From the NCBI RefSeq assembly GCF_030406665.1, contig NZ_CP129121.1:3162256-3226255 (forward strand): a stretch of DNA of 64,000 bases, written 5' to 3'. The notes beneath the pieces were generated by a model. It was given only the letters and a program-made list of their open reading frames with translations, did not search any database and was not told the origin of the DNA. Position 1 is the first letter of the stretch. Each line of letters begins with the position of its first letter. Origin of the DNA: Halomonas halophila (GTDB lineage: Bacteria; Pseudomonadota; Gammaproteobacteria; Pseudomonadales; Halomonadaceae). Below, piece after piece: positions 26,016 to 34,958 of this stretch. The translations under genes were made by a program, and so were the position numbers.

Positions 26016-29000
26016 TTACAAGGAGGCGGGGCGCTCCAGTGCTTCGACGATCATCGACAGCTGCCGCACCACCTTGGTGCCGGTATCCTCATCCCCGCCG
26101 GCTCGCAGGCGTCGCCGAAACTCGGCGCAGATGCCTTCCCAGCGCTCTCGCTCCTCGTCGCTCAGCCTGCCGCGCAACGCCTTGAGCTTGAGCAGGTTCT
26201 CCTCGGCTCCCTGGGTCAGCAGCTGGGCCTCGCCGAGGTAGTGATCGTCGATCAACGCCTCGACTTCGGCCTCGCTCATCGCCGGCGAGAGGCCTTCGAC
26301 CAGCTTGTTCATGTTCCGGTAGCTGCCCTGGAGCCGGAAGACCGGCTCCTCGCGATAGGCATCGTCCTGGGCACAGGCCTCGATGTAGGCCTGATTGACC
26401 CGCATCACGACATCGCGCACGTGATACATGCGCGTGATGAGTTCGACGATGTCCTGTCGCTCGGCGGCACTGTAGTCATGCTCGAAGTCGCTGCTCGCCA
26501 CCTCCTTGCCCTGGGCGAGATCCATGAAGCGATAGACATCGCCCATGCCGTGGTTGACCAGCGGTGCGAGCAGAGGATGCGCCGCGAGACTGTTCTCGAT
26601 GTAGGACATGGCGAACAGCTCCTGGGTGCCGCTCAGCACATCGCCGAGATTGTAGATATCGGCGCGGTTGGCCAGCATGTCGGGCACCCTGAAGGTCTCT
26701 CCCTGCTCGGTATAGGGATTGCCCGCCATCACCACGCCGAAACGCTTGCCCCGCAGGTCGTAGGTCCGCGACTGGCCCCGCCAGACGCCATCGATGCGGC
26801 GACTGCCGTCACACAGCGAGATGAACTTCTGCAGGAACTCGGGATGGGTGTGCTGGATATCATCGAGGTAGAGCATGACGTTGTTGCCCATTTCCAGCGC
26901 CAGGTTGAGCTTCTCCAGCTCGGCCCGGGCAGTGGAATGGGGCGCCTGCTCGGGATCCAGCGCGATCACGTCATGCCCAAGGCTCGGGCAGTTGATCTTC
27001 ATGAACACCAGCCCGAGACGATGCGCCACATACTCCATCAGCGTGGTCTTGCCGTAGCCGGGCGGCGAGATGAGCATCAGCATGCCCATCAGATCGCTGC
27101 GCCGGGCATCCCCCACCGTCCCCATCTGCTTGGCCAGGTTGTCGCCGATGAGCGGCAGATAGCTCTCGGTGATCAGCTGGTTGCGCACGAAGGAGGTGAG
27201 CGGCTTGGGCTGGTACTCCTCGAGTCTCAAGTGGCCACGCTGGCGCTCGAGCAGCTCGTGACGCAAGGCCTGAAGGCGCTCCCAGCCCGGCACCACCTCA
27301 TGATGCCGATGAAGACGATGCTCGAAATCGTCGAGCTGTAGCTTCAGGTAGCGCTGTTCGATGCGGGGATGATCGCCCAGCAGGCCCTCGACCTCGACCG
27401 ACAGTCGAACGTCCCGCTCTTCCCAGCGGATACGCTCATCGGCCTCCACGATGGCCATGGCCTCGGGCAGATAATGGCGTTCGTGGCTGGCGGCGGCCTT
27501 GTCATGCCAGGCCTCGAGCCAGCGCTGGATGGTCAGCCAGCGCTCCACCGGGCGCCCCGCCAGGGCGGTTCGCAGGCGCTCGAATTCGGGGCGATGCGAC
27601 TCCCGGCCGAGCGCCTCCTGGAAGGCCCTGGCCATGCGCATGCCATAGCCACTGGCCTCGAAGGCCTCGCCCTCGGCGGCCAGCTGCTCGACCAGGTAAC
27701 CGGCGGCCGCCTCGATGTCGGCCTCCTCCAGCGACCAGGCCTCGACCAGAGGAAACTGCGCCAGCGAGGTCCGGACTCCGGCGACTAGGTCATCCTTCAG
27801 TCGATCGGAGCCCATCGAGCGCGCGAGGATGCCCGCACTGATGCACTGGGCCTGCAGCACGTCGGGCGTGAGCCCACCCTCCGATGCAGACCAACTTTCC
27901 CGCTCCAGCCACCAGGCCACGGCCAGGGCACGCGCCCAGGGACCATGACGCAATCCGCCGGCGGCCTTCCTGACGGGCTGCAGGGCGCCCAGGATCCGTG
28001 CCGCATCATGATCGTGCACGCCCTTCTCGTAGCCCTCCCGATAGCGGGACGACGCGAAGTCCGCCATCCGCTGCTGCAGGGTCTCGGTATCGGCCACGTT
28101 GAGTCCGGCGTCGCCGTGCTCGATGAGGAAGCGATAGGCCAGGTATTCCCCGCGATAGACGCTCGGCGATTCCGAGGGCAGCGTCTGCCCCCACCATGCG
28201 CGCAGCGCCTCGAGTTCGTCGGACTCGACGGGCTCCTGGAACTGGGTGCCGGTCAGATGCCACCACAGGCGCTCGTCGCGCGGCAGCATGGTCAGTTCCA
28301 GCGCCTGGCGATTGACCGTGAAGCGATGGCGTGGCCCCAGCCGGACCACCTGACCGCCGTCCTCGAACATCTCGGCCTTGTCGCGTACCCCGCGCAGCGC
28401 CGCATCCCGGATGGCGGCCAGCCGGGAATCACGGTCGTCCGCCTCCAGCCCGGCCTGCATCTCGCGCAGCCGATCGATCAGCTCGCGCGCCTTGAGCACC
28501 ATGGCATCCCCGGCGAAGAAGGCCTGCAGCTCCGACTCGTCGTCGAAGCCCTCGCCCCGTCGCTCGAGCCCGCCGAGGATGCGGTCCAGCGCCTGGGTCA
28601 GGGAATCCACACGCTGCTGGCGCGCCTCCATAAGCTGGGCCCGTCGCGCGGCCACGCCCTCCTGGGCGGCCTCACGCTGCTCCAGGATCGCCTCGAGGAA
28701 TCCTTCCTGCTCGCCGAACTGCCCCTCGAGCTCCTGAAGCTGGTCGAGCAGGCGCGTCATGAGATCATCGCACTGCTCGGGCTCGGACAGCCCCGCCAGC
28801 CCGTTCGAGAGCCCCTGTTCGAACAGCCGAAGCCGTGACACGAAGCGCGCCTGGTCCTCTTGCTCCAACATCTCCTTGAGGCGCAGCTCCGCCTCGGTGC
28901 GCTGCTGGTTGGTGGTCGAGTAGACCGACGACAGGGTGTCGTTGATCTGGATCTCGCGCTCGGCATCCTCGCCGCCCAGAGACGCCAGCATCGACTGGAT

Positions 29001-30947
29001 CAGATCCAGCCCCTCGCTGAGCTCGCGATAGCCGTCGACGGCCTTGGCGAGCGCGGGACGCGAATCCGCCTCCTGCACCGATCGGGACAGCGCTTCCAGA
29101 CTCTGCCGATAGCCCTGCAGGGCCTCGGGGGTGGAGAGGAAGGCCAGAGTGCGATCGATCAGGCGGCGCTCGGCCGCTTCGGCCTCGGCGTCCATCTCCG
29201 CCAGGGCGTCACGATCCACGTAGCGGCGTTCTTCCAGGGTCCTGATATCGCCGCGCTGACGGCGAAGATCCCGCAGGCCCGCCATGAAGGGCTCGGGATG
29301 ATGCCAACTATCGGGGGTGAAGCCCCGCAACAGCGCCGACTGGCGCTGCCGGCACTCTTCCACCGCCTCGGCGCTGTCGCGCTGGATCTGATGGACCTTC
29401 TCGAACTCGTCGAGCACCCTTTCACTGCCTTCGCGCAGCTCCTTGAGCAAGGCGGGAAAGGCCGCTTCCTCCAGACCGACCTCGTCGCTCACCTCGGCGA
29501 GCCAGTAGAACTGGTCCAGCAGCCGGTCACAGTGACGGATCAGGCGCTTGAAGTGATCGTCGCTGGCATGCAGCCGATCGATCAGGCTCTGCAGGGCGTT
29601 GAGCTCGGCCACGGCACGCACCAGCTCGGGATTGCCGATACGGCTCAGCATGCTGTCGTTGGCGAAGGCCTGCTGGGCATGAAACGTTTCCGACATGAAC
29701 GGCGTCCGCCAGATCTGCAGCGGATGCACCAGCGACGGCTCCTGATCGGCGCTGAACAGGGCCAGATAGCCATTATCGAACAGCGCGGCCCCGTGACCGA
29801 TCAACGGGGCATCGGCCTGGCGCTTCACCAGGCTGTAACGGTAGAGCACCACCCGTCCGCTGGCCTGACCATAGAAGGCGAACAGCATGTCCTCCCCGTT
29901 GGGCGCCCGTCGGGCCGGCAACGGCCGCAGCGACTCGTCGGGCACGTCGAACAGCTTGTGCTCGCCGTTCATCAGGCAGTAGCCGGCGGGGAAGATCAGG
30001 CCATGATGGTCAGGCAGCAGGACGAAGCCGTCATCCAGCGCATCGAGACGCTGCAGCCGGAGCGTCTCGCGATGGAAGACATAGTAGCGATGCCTGGCCT
30101 CGCCATAGGGCAGTATCCTGACGATCAGCAGCTCATTGAGGTCGGCGTACTCGAAGCTGGCGTCGTCCAGCGACTGGGAGTCCGACTCCACCGGATCATC
30201 GAAGATGCCTTCGCCGCTGTCGGTGTTGTTCTCGATCTTGAAGGTGATGCTGCCGCCGAGGTTATCGACGAACAGGGTGTCGGCGATATTCAGGTGAGGC
30301 GCCCGCCCCTGAACATGATCATCGCGTCCCGCCCGTATCCAGCTCACCGCATGGCGATCCGGATAGACGAGTTGGCGCTCCCCCCGGTTATCGACGTAGG
30401 GTCCGACATTGCCCTCCGCCGTCAGCTCCCAGCGAAAGACGCGACGATCATCGAGCTTCTCGCCGATCTGGAAGACCATCAGCAGCATGCCTTCCAGCAC
30501 CGTCAACCGCGACAGCAGCGCATGGCTGTAATACTGCTGCAGTTCGGCGAAGTCGGTGCGGAAGCGCGGGTCATCGAGGAAACTGTCGGCAATGGCGGAC
30601 TCGCCCACCGCGAAGGTCGATTCGCCATCGCCCTGATCGACCCGATAGAGGCGGAAGACGTCCTCGACCTTCAGGGCATTGCGCAGCCCGAGCTGGACAT
30701 GGAAGCCGAACAGCAGATGCGAACCGATCCGCACCACGTCACGGGCCACCGACTTCAGCTCGGTGCGGACCCTGCCCCGGCCCAGCACGCTCATCGTGGT
30801 ACTGCCGAACTCGCGTTCACGCTGGTCGTTGAGGGCCTGGGTGGCCTGATGAAGCCTCTGGCCCTGCTGTTGCAGACGTTTCGTCAACACCGAGAAGGCA
30901 GAGCCCTCCTCGACCAGACGTTCGAGGGTAGATTCATGTTGCGACAT
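26016..30947 (-). CDS. Giant (~1643 aa) protein with a C-terminal AAA+ ATPase module and a long helical N-terminal region; function unknown
   Basis: Start set at ATG 30947 (MSQHESTLERL) with AGGAA SD 9 nt upstream. The maximal ORF begins with TTG 30977. Near the C-terminus: Walker A 'LISPPGYGKTTL', Walker B 'VMLYLDDIQH' (DD, not DE), sensor-1 'VVMAGNPYTE', Arg 'MLANRADIY'. This resembles the MoxR/dynein/midasin clade. Residues 400-1150 are helical, Glu/Arg/Leu-rich and coiled-coil-like. There is no signal peptide or TM segment. Confidence 0.85.
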   Translation of the reverse strand: MSQHESTLERLVEEGSAFSVLTKRLQQQGQRLHQATQALNDQREREFGSTTMSVLGRGRVRTELKSVARDVVRIGSHLLFGFHVQLGLRNALKVEDVFRLYRVDQGDGESTFAVGESAIADSFLDDPRFRTDFAELQQYYSHALLSRLTVLEGMLLMVFQIGEKLDDRRVFRWELTAEGNVGPYVDNRGERQLVYPDRHAVSWIRAGRDDHVQGRAPHLNIADTLFVDNLGGSITFKIENNTDSGEGIFDDPVESDSQSLDDASFEYADLNELLIVRILPYGEARHRYYVFHRETLRLQRLDALDDGFVLLPDHHGLIFPAGYCLMNGEHKLFDVPDESLRPLPARRAPNGEDMLFAFYGQASGRVVLYRYSLVKRQADAPLIGHGAALFDNGYLALFSADQEPSLVHPLQIWRTPFMSETFHAQQAFANDSMLSRIGNPELVRAVAELNALQSLIDRLHASDDHFKRLIRHCDRLLDQFYWLAEVSDEVGLEEAAFPALLKELREGSERVLDEFEKVHQIQRDSAEAVEECRQRQSALLRGFTPDSWHHPEPFMAGLRDLRRQRGDIRTLEERRYVDRDALAEMDAEAEAAERRLIDRTLAFLSTPEALQGYRQSLEALSRSVQEADSRPALAKAVDGYRELSEGLDLIQSMLASLGGEDAEREIQINDTLSSVYSTTNQQRTEAELRLKEMLEQEDQARFVSRLRLFEQGLSNGLAGLSEPEQCDDLMTRLLDQLQELEGQFGEQEGFLEAILEQREAAQEGVAARRAQLMEARQQRVDSLTQALDRILGGLERRGEGFDDESELQAFFAGDAMVLKARELIDRLREMQAGLEADDRDSRLAAIRDAALRGVRDKAEMFEDGGQVVRLGPRHRFTVNRQALELTMLPRDERLWWHLTGTQFQEPVESDELEALRAWWGQTLPSESPSVYRGEYLAYRFLIEHGDAGLNVADTETLQQRMADFASSRYREGYEKGVHDHDAARILGALQPVRKAAGGLRHGPWARALAVAWWLERESWSASEGGLTPDVLQAQCISAGILARSMGSDRLKDDLVAGVRTSLAQFPLVEAWSLEEADIEAAAGYLVEQLAAEGEAFEASGYGMRMARAFQEALGRESHRPEFERLRTALAGRPVERWLTIQRWLEAWHDKAAASHERHYLPEAMAIVEADERIRWEERDVRLSVEVEGLLGDHPRIEQRYLKLQLDDFEHRLHRHHEVVPGWERLQALRHELLERQRGHLRLEEYQPKPLTSFVRNQLITESYLPLIGDNLAKQMGTVGDARRSDLMGMLMLISPPGYGKTTLMEYVAHRLGLVFMKINCPSLGHDVIALDPEQAPHSTARAELEKLNLALEMGNNVMLYLDDIQHTHPEFLQKFISLCDGSRRIDGVWRGQSRTYDLRGKRFGVVMAGNPYTEQGETFRVPDMLANRADIYNLGDVLSGTQELFAMSYIENSLAAHPLLAPLVNHGMGDVYRFMDLAQGKEVASSDFEHDYSAAERQDIVELITRMYHVRDVVMRVNQAYIEACAQDDAYREEPVFRLQGSYRNMNKLVEGLSPAMSEAEVEALIDDHYLGEAQLLTQGAEENLLKLKALRGRLSDEERERWEGICAEFRRRLRAGGDEDTGTKVVRQLSMIVEALERPASL

Positions 30948-31025
30948 GGACGACGGATTCCTGACTCGGGAGGGCAATAACGGTCTGCCTCCCCCGCCCG
31001 ACAGGCCGGGGGAGGCAGAGAGGGG

Positions 31026-32975
31026 TCACGAGGCCTGGTCGACCACCGACGGGGCGGCGGTGTCCGTCGCCATCATGCGGGTGGCGAGCTGGGAGAGTAC
31101 GCCTTGCAGGGCCGGAGACTTGTCCATCACCCCCTGGACGCTCTTGCCGATGCCCAGTCCCTTGGCGAAGGTGTCGAAGATCTGGCCATCGCCGCCGACC
31201 ATTTCGAACTTGGCTCCTTTCAGCGCCTCGGCCATCACCTTGCCGTTCTCGAGGATGCCTTCGCGCTGCATCTCGATGCGGCCCAGCGTGTCCTTCTCGG
31301 CCAGTTCCATCTGCATGCGGAACTGCTCGAAGTCGCGGGCCTCCTGCGACATTCCCTCGTAGGCACGCAGCTTCTCGACCAGGCCATTGGCCTCGGCACG
31401 TGCCATGGCTTCGCGCGCCTGGGCCTTGGCCACGCCCATCTTCTGCTCGCCCTCGGCCTCGGCATCGAGCCGCTGCTCCAGCACCCGCACCTCGGCCAGG
31501 CCAGCCTTTTCCTCGGACTCTGCGCTAGCGCTCCTGACCTCGGCTTCCGCCAGGCCTTCGGAACGATGGGCGCGCGCCTTGGCCTCCAGCACCTGCGCCT
31601 CGGCCAGCCCTTCGGCCGCGGCCCGCGCCCGGTGGCCACGCGCTTCCTTCTCGTCGGCTTCGGCCTTGCGCTCGGCGGCATCCGAGTCGGCCTGCGCACG
31701 TACCAGAACCTCGTCGGATTCCAGCTTGGCACGCTCATATGCCGCCTCGGCGGCCCGCAGTTCCTTGATCTTGACTTCCTCGGCCTCCGCCTCGGCCGCG
31801 GTCACGCTGGCCACCTTGAGACGCTCGGCCTCGGCACGATTCCTCACATCGTTGATGTGCTCTTCTTCCTCGGCCACCTGGCGCTCGACGGAAATGCGCT
31901 CGCTGGTGATGACCGCGATATCCTTGCGCTCGGCCTCCAGCGATTTTTCCATGCCGATGCGCTCGACCTCGACGCTGCGCTGCCGGTTGACGTCTTCCAT
32001 CTCGCGGGCCTGCGCGATGCGCACGTCCTCGATCTGTACCGCCCGCTCCCGGGCCTTGATCGCCATCTCGACCTGGCGCTGCTTGGTTTCCTCGGCGATG
32101 GCCACAGCCTCGTCGGTCTTGATGCGTGCCGCCTCGGCCTTGGAACGCTCCTCCTCGCGAACCTGCTCGGTCTCGGCAGATTCCCTGGCACGGAGGGTGT
32201 CGATCTCACGCTGCTGACGCGCCTCGGCATCGGCCTGGGTGCGCTCCAGCTCCAGTGCCGCTTCACGGGCAGACACGTTCTTGCGCTGGATTTCCAGCTC
32301 CTCATCACGCTCCAGACGATTGGTCTCGACGTTGTGCTGAGCCGTGATTTCGGTGATGCGACGGATACCCTCGGAATCGAGGATATTGTGCTGATCCAGC
32401 GAGGTCTTCGGCGTCTGCTCGAGATAGTCGATGGCCACATCTTCGAGCACGTAACCATTGAGATCCTCACCGATGGTCTCGACGATCATGTCCCGGAAAT
32501 GCTGGCGCTCCTCGAACAGCTGCATGAATTCGAGGCGCTTGCCCACCGTTTTCAGGGCTTCGCTGAACTTGGCATTGAACAGCTCGTTGACGGCCACGCG
32601 ATCGGACGCCCGCGTTACCCCGACCGATTTCGCCACGCGCAGCACGTCCTCTGCCGTCTCGTTGACGCGCAGATAGAAGGCCACGGTAATATCGGCTCGG
32701 AGGTTATCCTTGCAGATCAGTCCTTCGTTGCCGGTACGGTTCATCTCCAGGGTAATGACCGAGACCTTCATGGTTTCGGCACGGTGAATGACCGGCAGCA
32801 CCATGGCGCCGGTGAAATACACCTTGGGCACCGAGGAAAGATCATTGACGATCAGCGCCTGCCCCTGATCGATCTTGCGATAAAACGCCTTAATCAGGCA
32901 CAGGACGCCGACCAGGGCAAGCAGCAACACGCCGATAGCAATGGCGACCGGCATAATCCAACTCATGTTCATCAT
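31026..32975 (-). CDS. yqiK: Flotillin-like SPFH (band-7) protein, YqiK-type, with an extended coiled coil
   Basis: N-terminal TM segment 'IMPVAIAIGVLLLALVGVLCLI', an SPFH domain, then ~350 aa of EA/ER-rich coiled coil ('EAEARQQREIDTLRARESAETEQVREEERSKAEAARIK...'). AGGAG SD 5 nt before ATG 32975. Follows an NfeD-like gene, as in E. coli yqiJK. Confidence 0.9.
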   Translation of the reverse strand: MMNMSWIMPVAIAIGVLLLALVGVLCLIKAFYRKIDQGQALIVNDLSSVPKVYFTGAMVLPVIHRAETMKVSVITLEMNRTGNEGLICKDNLRADITVAFYLRVNETAEDVLRVAKSVGVTRASDRVAVNELFNAKFSEALKTVGKRLEFMQLFEERQHFRDMIVETIGEDLNGYVLEDVAIDYLEQTPKTSLDQHNILDSEGIRRITEITAQHNVETNRLERDEELEIQRKNVSAREAALELERTQADAEARQQREIDTLRARESAETEQVREEERSKAEAARIKTDEAVAIAEETKQRQVEMAIKARERAVQIEDVRIAQAREMEDVNRQRSVEVERIGMEKSLEAERKDIAVITSERISVERQVAEEEEHINDVRNRAEAERLKVASVTAAEAEAEEVKIKELRAAEAAYERAKLESDEVLVRAQADSDAAERKAEADEKEARGHRARAAAEGLAEAQVLEAKARAHRSEGLAEAEVRSASAESEEKAGLAEVRVLEQRLDAEAEGEQKMGVAKAQAREAMARAEANGLVEKLRAYEGMSQEARDFEQFRMQMELAEKDTLGRIEMQREGILENGKVMAEALKGAKFEMVGGDGQIFDTFAKGLGIGKSVQGVMDKSPALQGVLSQLATRMMATDTAAPSVVDQAS

Positions 32976-33003
32976 CGGGACTCCTCTGTCCTCATCTTCT
33001 GAC

Positions 33004-33612
33004 TCATTCCATGTCCCCGGAAAGGAACTGATGTTCGGTCACGACCCAGTAGGCACGCTGTTCCGGGAGATGCCGTATCAGCACCACCTGATCGCGACGC
33101 TCCAGCGCCGAGTCGGACTGGATGTTGATGACCAGCTCCGCACCATCACGCCGCACCCTGGCACGACCGCGACCACGATCGGCACTGAAGGACACCACCA
33201 CGGCGGTTTCGCCCTGAAGGTTTCTCTTCCGCGGTGCACTGTAGAGATGCCGAAAGGCGGGCCCGAGCAGCCGCGCCATGCCGATTGCGGCCACGAGCCC
33301 CACCACGATGCTCACCGCGGCCACGATGCTCCCTACCAGCAGGCCATGCCCCAGGAGCAGCCCCAGGAAATAGCTGCTCAGCCAGGCTCCCAGCGTCATC
33401 ACCGTCATCGTCAACGGCAGCGGGACGCCACTCAGTCCCAGGGTCGCCATCAGGCCGCCCAGCCCGCTCATACCCTCCAGATCGACGTCGAGATCCATAT
33501 CGAGGTCGAAAGCACCCAGCAAGGAAATCAGCCAGTACAGGACCGATACGACGAGCAGGATCCCGAAGAATGCGGTAGGCAAAGACAGCATTTCCGTCCA
33601 GAAGGTCTCCAC
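33004..33612 (-). CDS. yqiJ: NfeD-like / YqiJ-family (DUF1449) inner-membrane protein
   Basis: 202 aa. N-terminal TM helices and the 'DLDMDLDVDLEGMSGLGG' acidic loop typical of YqiJ, with a C-terminal OB-fold-like soluble domain. GTG 33612 has 'gggagaagagg' SD; ATG 33591 is an alternative. Stop is 28 nt before the flotillin start. Confidence 0.75.
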   Translation of the reverse strand: METFWTEMLSLPTAFFGILLVVSVLYWLISLLGAFDLDMDLDVDLEGMSGLGGLMATLGLSGVPLPLTMTVMTLGAWLSSYFLGLLLGHGLLVGSIVAAVSIVVGLVAAIGMARLLGPAFRHLYSAPRKRNLQGETAVVVSFSADRGRGRARVRRDGAELVINIQSDSALERRDQVVLIRHLPEQRAYWVVTEHQFLSGDME

Positions 33613-34192
33613 GCCTCTTCTCCCTATCGGCGGCCATCACATCGACACTTGCCATCGGCAAGAAATAAAAAAAAGGCCGCAAAGATACCAGCATCGTTTC
33701 TCACTGCGGAGTGCTTTCATGGCGTTATCACTCGGACACCGTCAGGCAACGAGCCGAGAGGTGATTCCAGAGAAAAACCCACACATCAAAAATAACTTAT
33801 TGAAATAAAACCCTTTCTCCGAGGGAAAACGCCCCATCAAGAAGAATGATAACGAGTGTCATCCGACAATAGGTAAGCGATCTCCTACAAGAAAATGCAG
33901 AAAATACTTACGCGAAAAAAAGTCACCGGAATTCGTCACCAGCATCGACCTGGCGGTTAGGCGAGACGCTCGTTTCTCGTCCGCGCTCTCCCAATGCGAG
34001 AACACGGCGCACCGTAAGTGCTGATAGGCATGTACAAGGAAGGTGCCGGAAAGCGCGGGGAGATCGCCTCGCTATGTCGGCAGGCGATACGTCGTACTAA
34101 CAGGCGAGGAGCGGGCGGCCAGACGATCCCCCCACTTTCCCGGGTCTACCGAGCCAGGGGAGTCCTGCCGACCGACAGCAACGGAGGTGTGG

Positions 34193-34948
34193 CTAGCGCA
34201 GCCAGATCATGCTGGCCATGCGGCCGGTGACGCCGTCGTCACGGCGGTAGGAATAGAAGCGGGATTCGCAGGCGGTGCAGAAGTGGCCGCCGCTGATATG
34301 GGACAGTCCCAGCCGTTCCAGGCGCAGGCGCGCCAGCTTGTACAGGTCGGCCATGTAGTGGCCCAGCCGATAGGGGCTCGGCACGAAGGCCTCGGCGGCA
34401 TCGGGCTGCACGGCGACGAAGGCCTCGCGCACCTCGCGCCCGACCTCGAACTGGGCATTGGAGATCGCCGGCCCCAGCCAGGCCATCAGCGACTCGGGCG
34501 GCGCGCCCATGGCGGCCACCGTGGCCTCGAGCACGCCGCCGGCCAGGCCGCGCCAGCCGGCGTGGGCCACGCCGACCCGCTGGCCGTCGCGGTCGCAGAA
34601 GAACACCGGCAGGCAGTCGGCGGTCAGCACCACGCAGGCATGACCACGGTCGAGGGCCACCGAGGCATCGGCCTCGGGCGGGGTCTCGAGGTATTCCGAC
34701 TGCACCCGGGCGCCGTGGGCCTGATCGAACCACAGCAACGGCCGGTCGTCGCCGACCTCCTTCTGCAGCTGGCGGCGGCACAGTGCCACGTGGGCAGCGT
34801 TGTCGCCGACGTGCTGCGCCGGATTGAAGGCGGCGAAGCGCCCTTGACTGGGCCCGGTCTCGCGGGTGGTAACGCAGGCCGCCACCGAGGGCGGCGCCGG
34901 CCAGTCGGGGCGAATCAGGGTCGGGCGCAGGTCGAGGGCATCGCTCAT
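34193..34948 (-). CDS. pgeF: Purine nucleoside phosphorylase / peptidoglycan editing factor PgeF (YfiH family)
   Basis: 'VLTADCLPVFFCDRDGQRVGVAHAGWRGLAGGVLE' is the YfiH/DUF152 Cys-His motif. Downstream of rluD, as in E. coli. Confidence 0.9.
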   Translation of the reverse strand: MSDALDLRPTLIRPDWPAPPSVAACVTTRETGPSQGRFAAFNPAQHVGDNAAHVALCRRQLQKEVGDDRPLLWFDQAHGARVQSEYLETPPEADASVALDRGHACVVLTADCLPVFFCDRDGQRVGVAHAGWRGLAGGVLEATVAAMGAPPESLMAWLGPAISNAQFEVGREVREAFVAVQPDAAEAFVPSPYRLGHYMADLYKLARLRLERLGLSHISGGHFCTACESRFYSYRRDDGVTGRMASMIWLR

Positions 34949-34958
34949 CGCGGTTTCC

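Noticed and set aside
26241-33002. Long plus-strand ORFs (366, 706, 632 aa and others) opposite the giant ATPase and flotillin genes
   Set aside because: They are antisense frames with low-complexity, stop-poor composition, and they lack starts with SD. The minus-strand genes have coherent domain architecture and good ribosome-binding sites.
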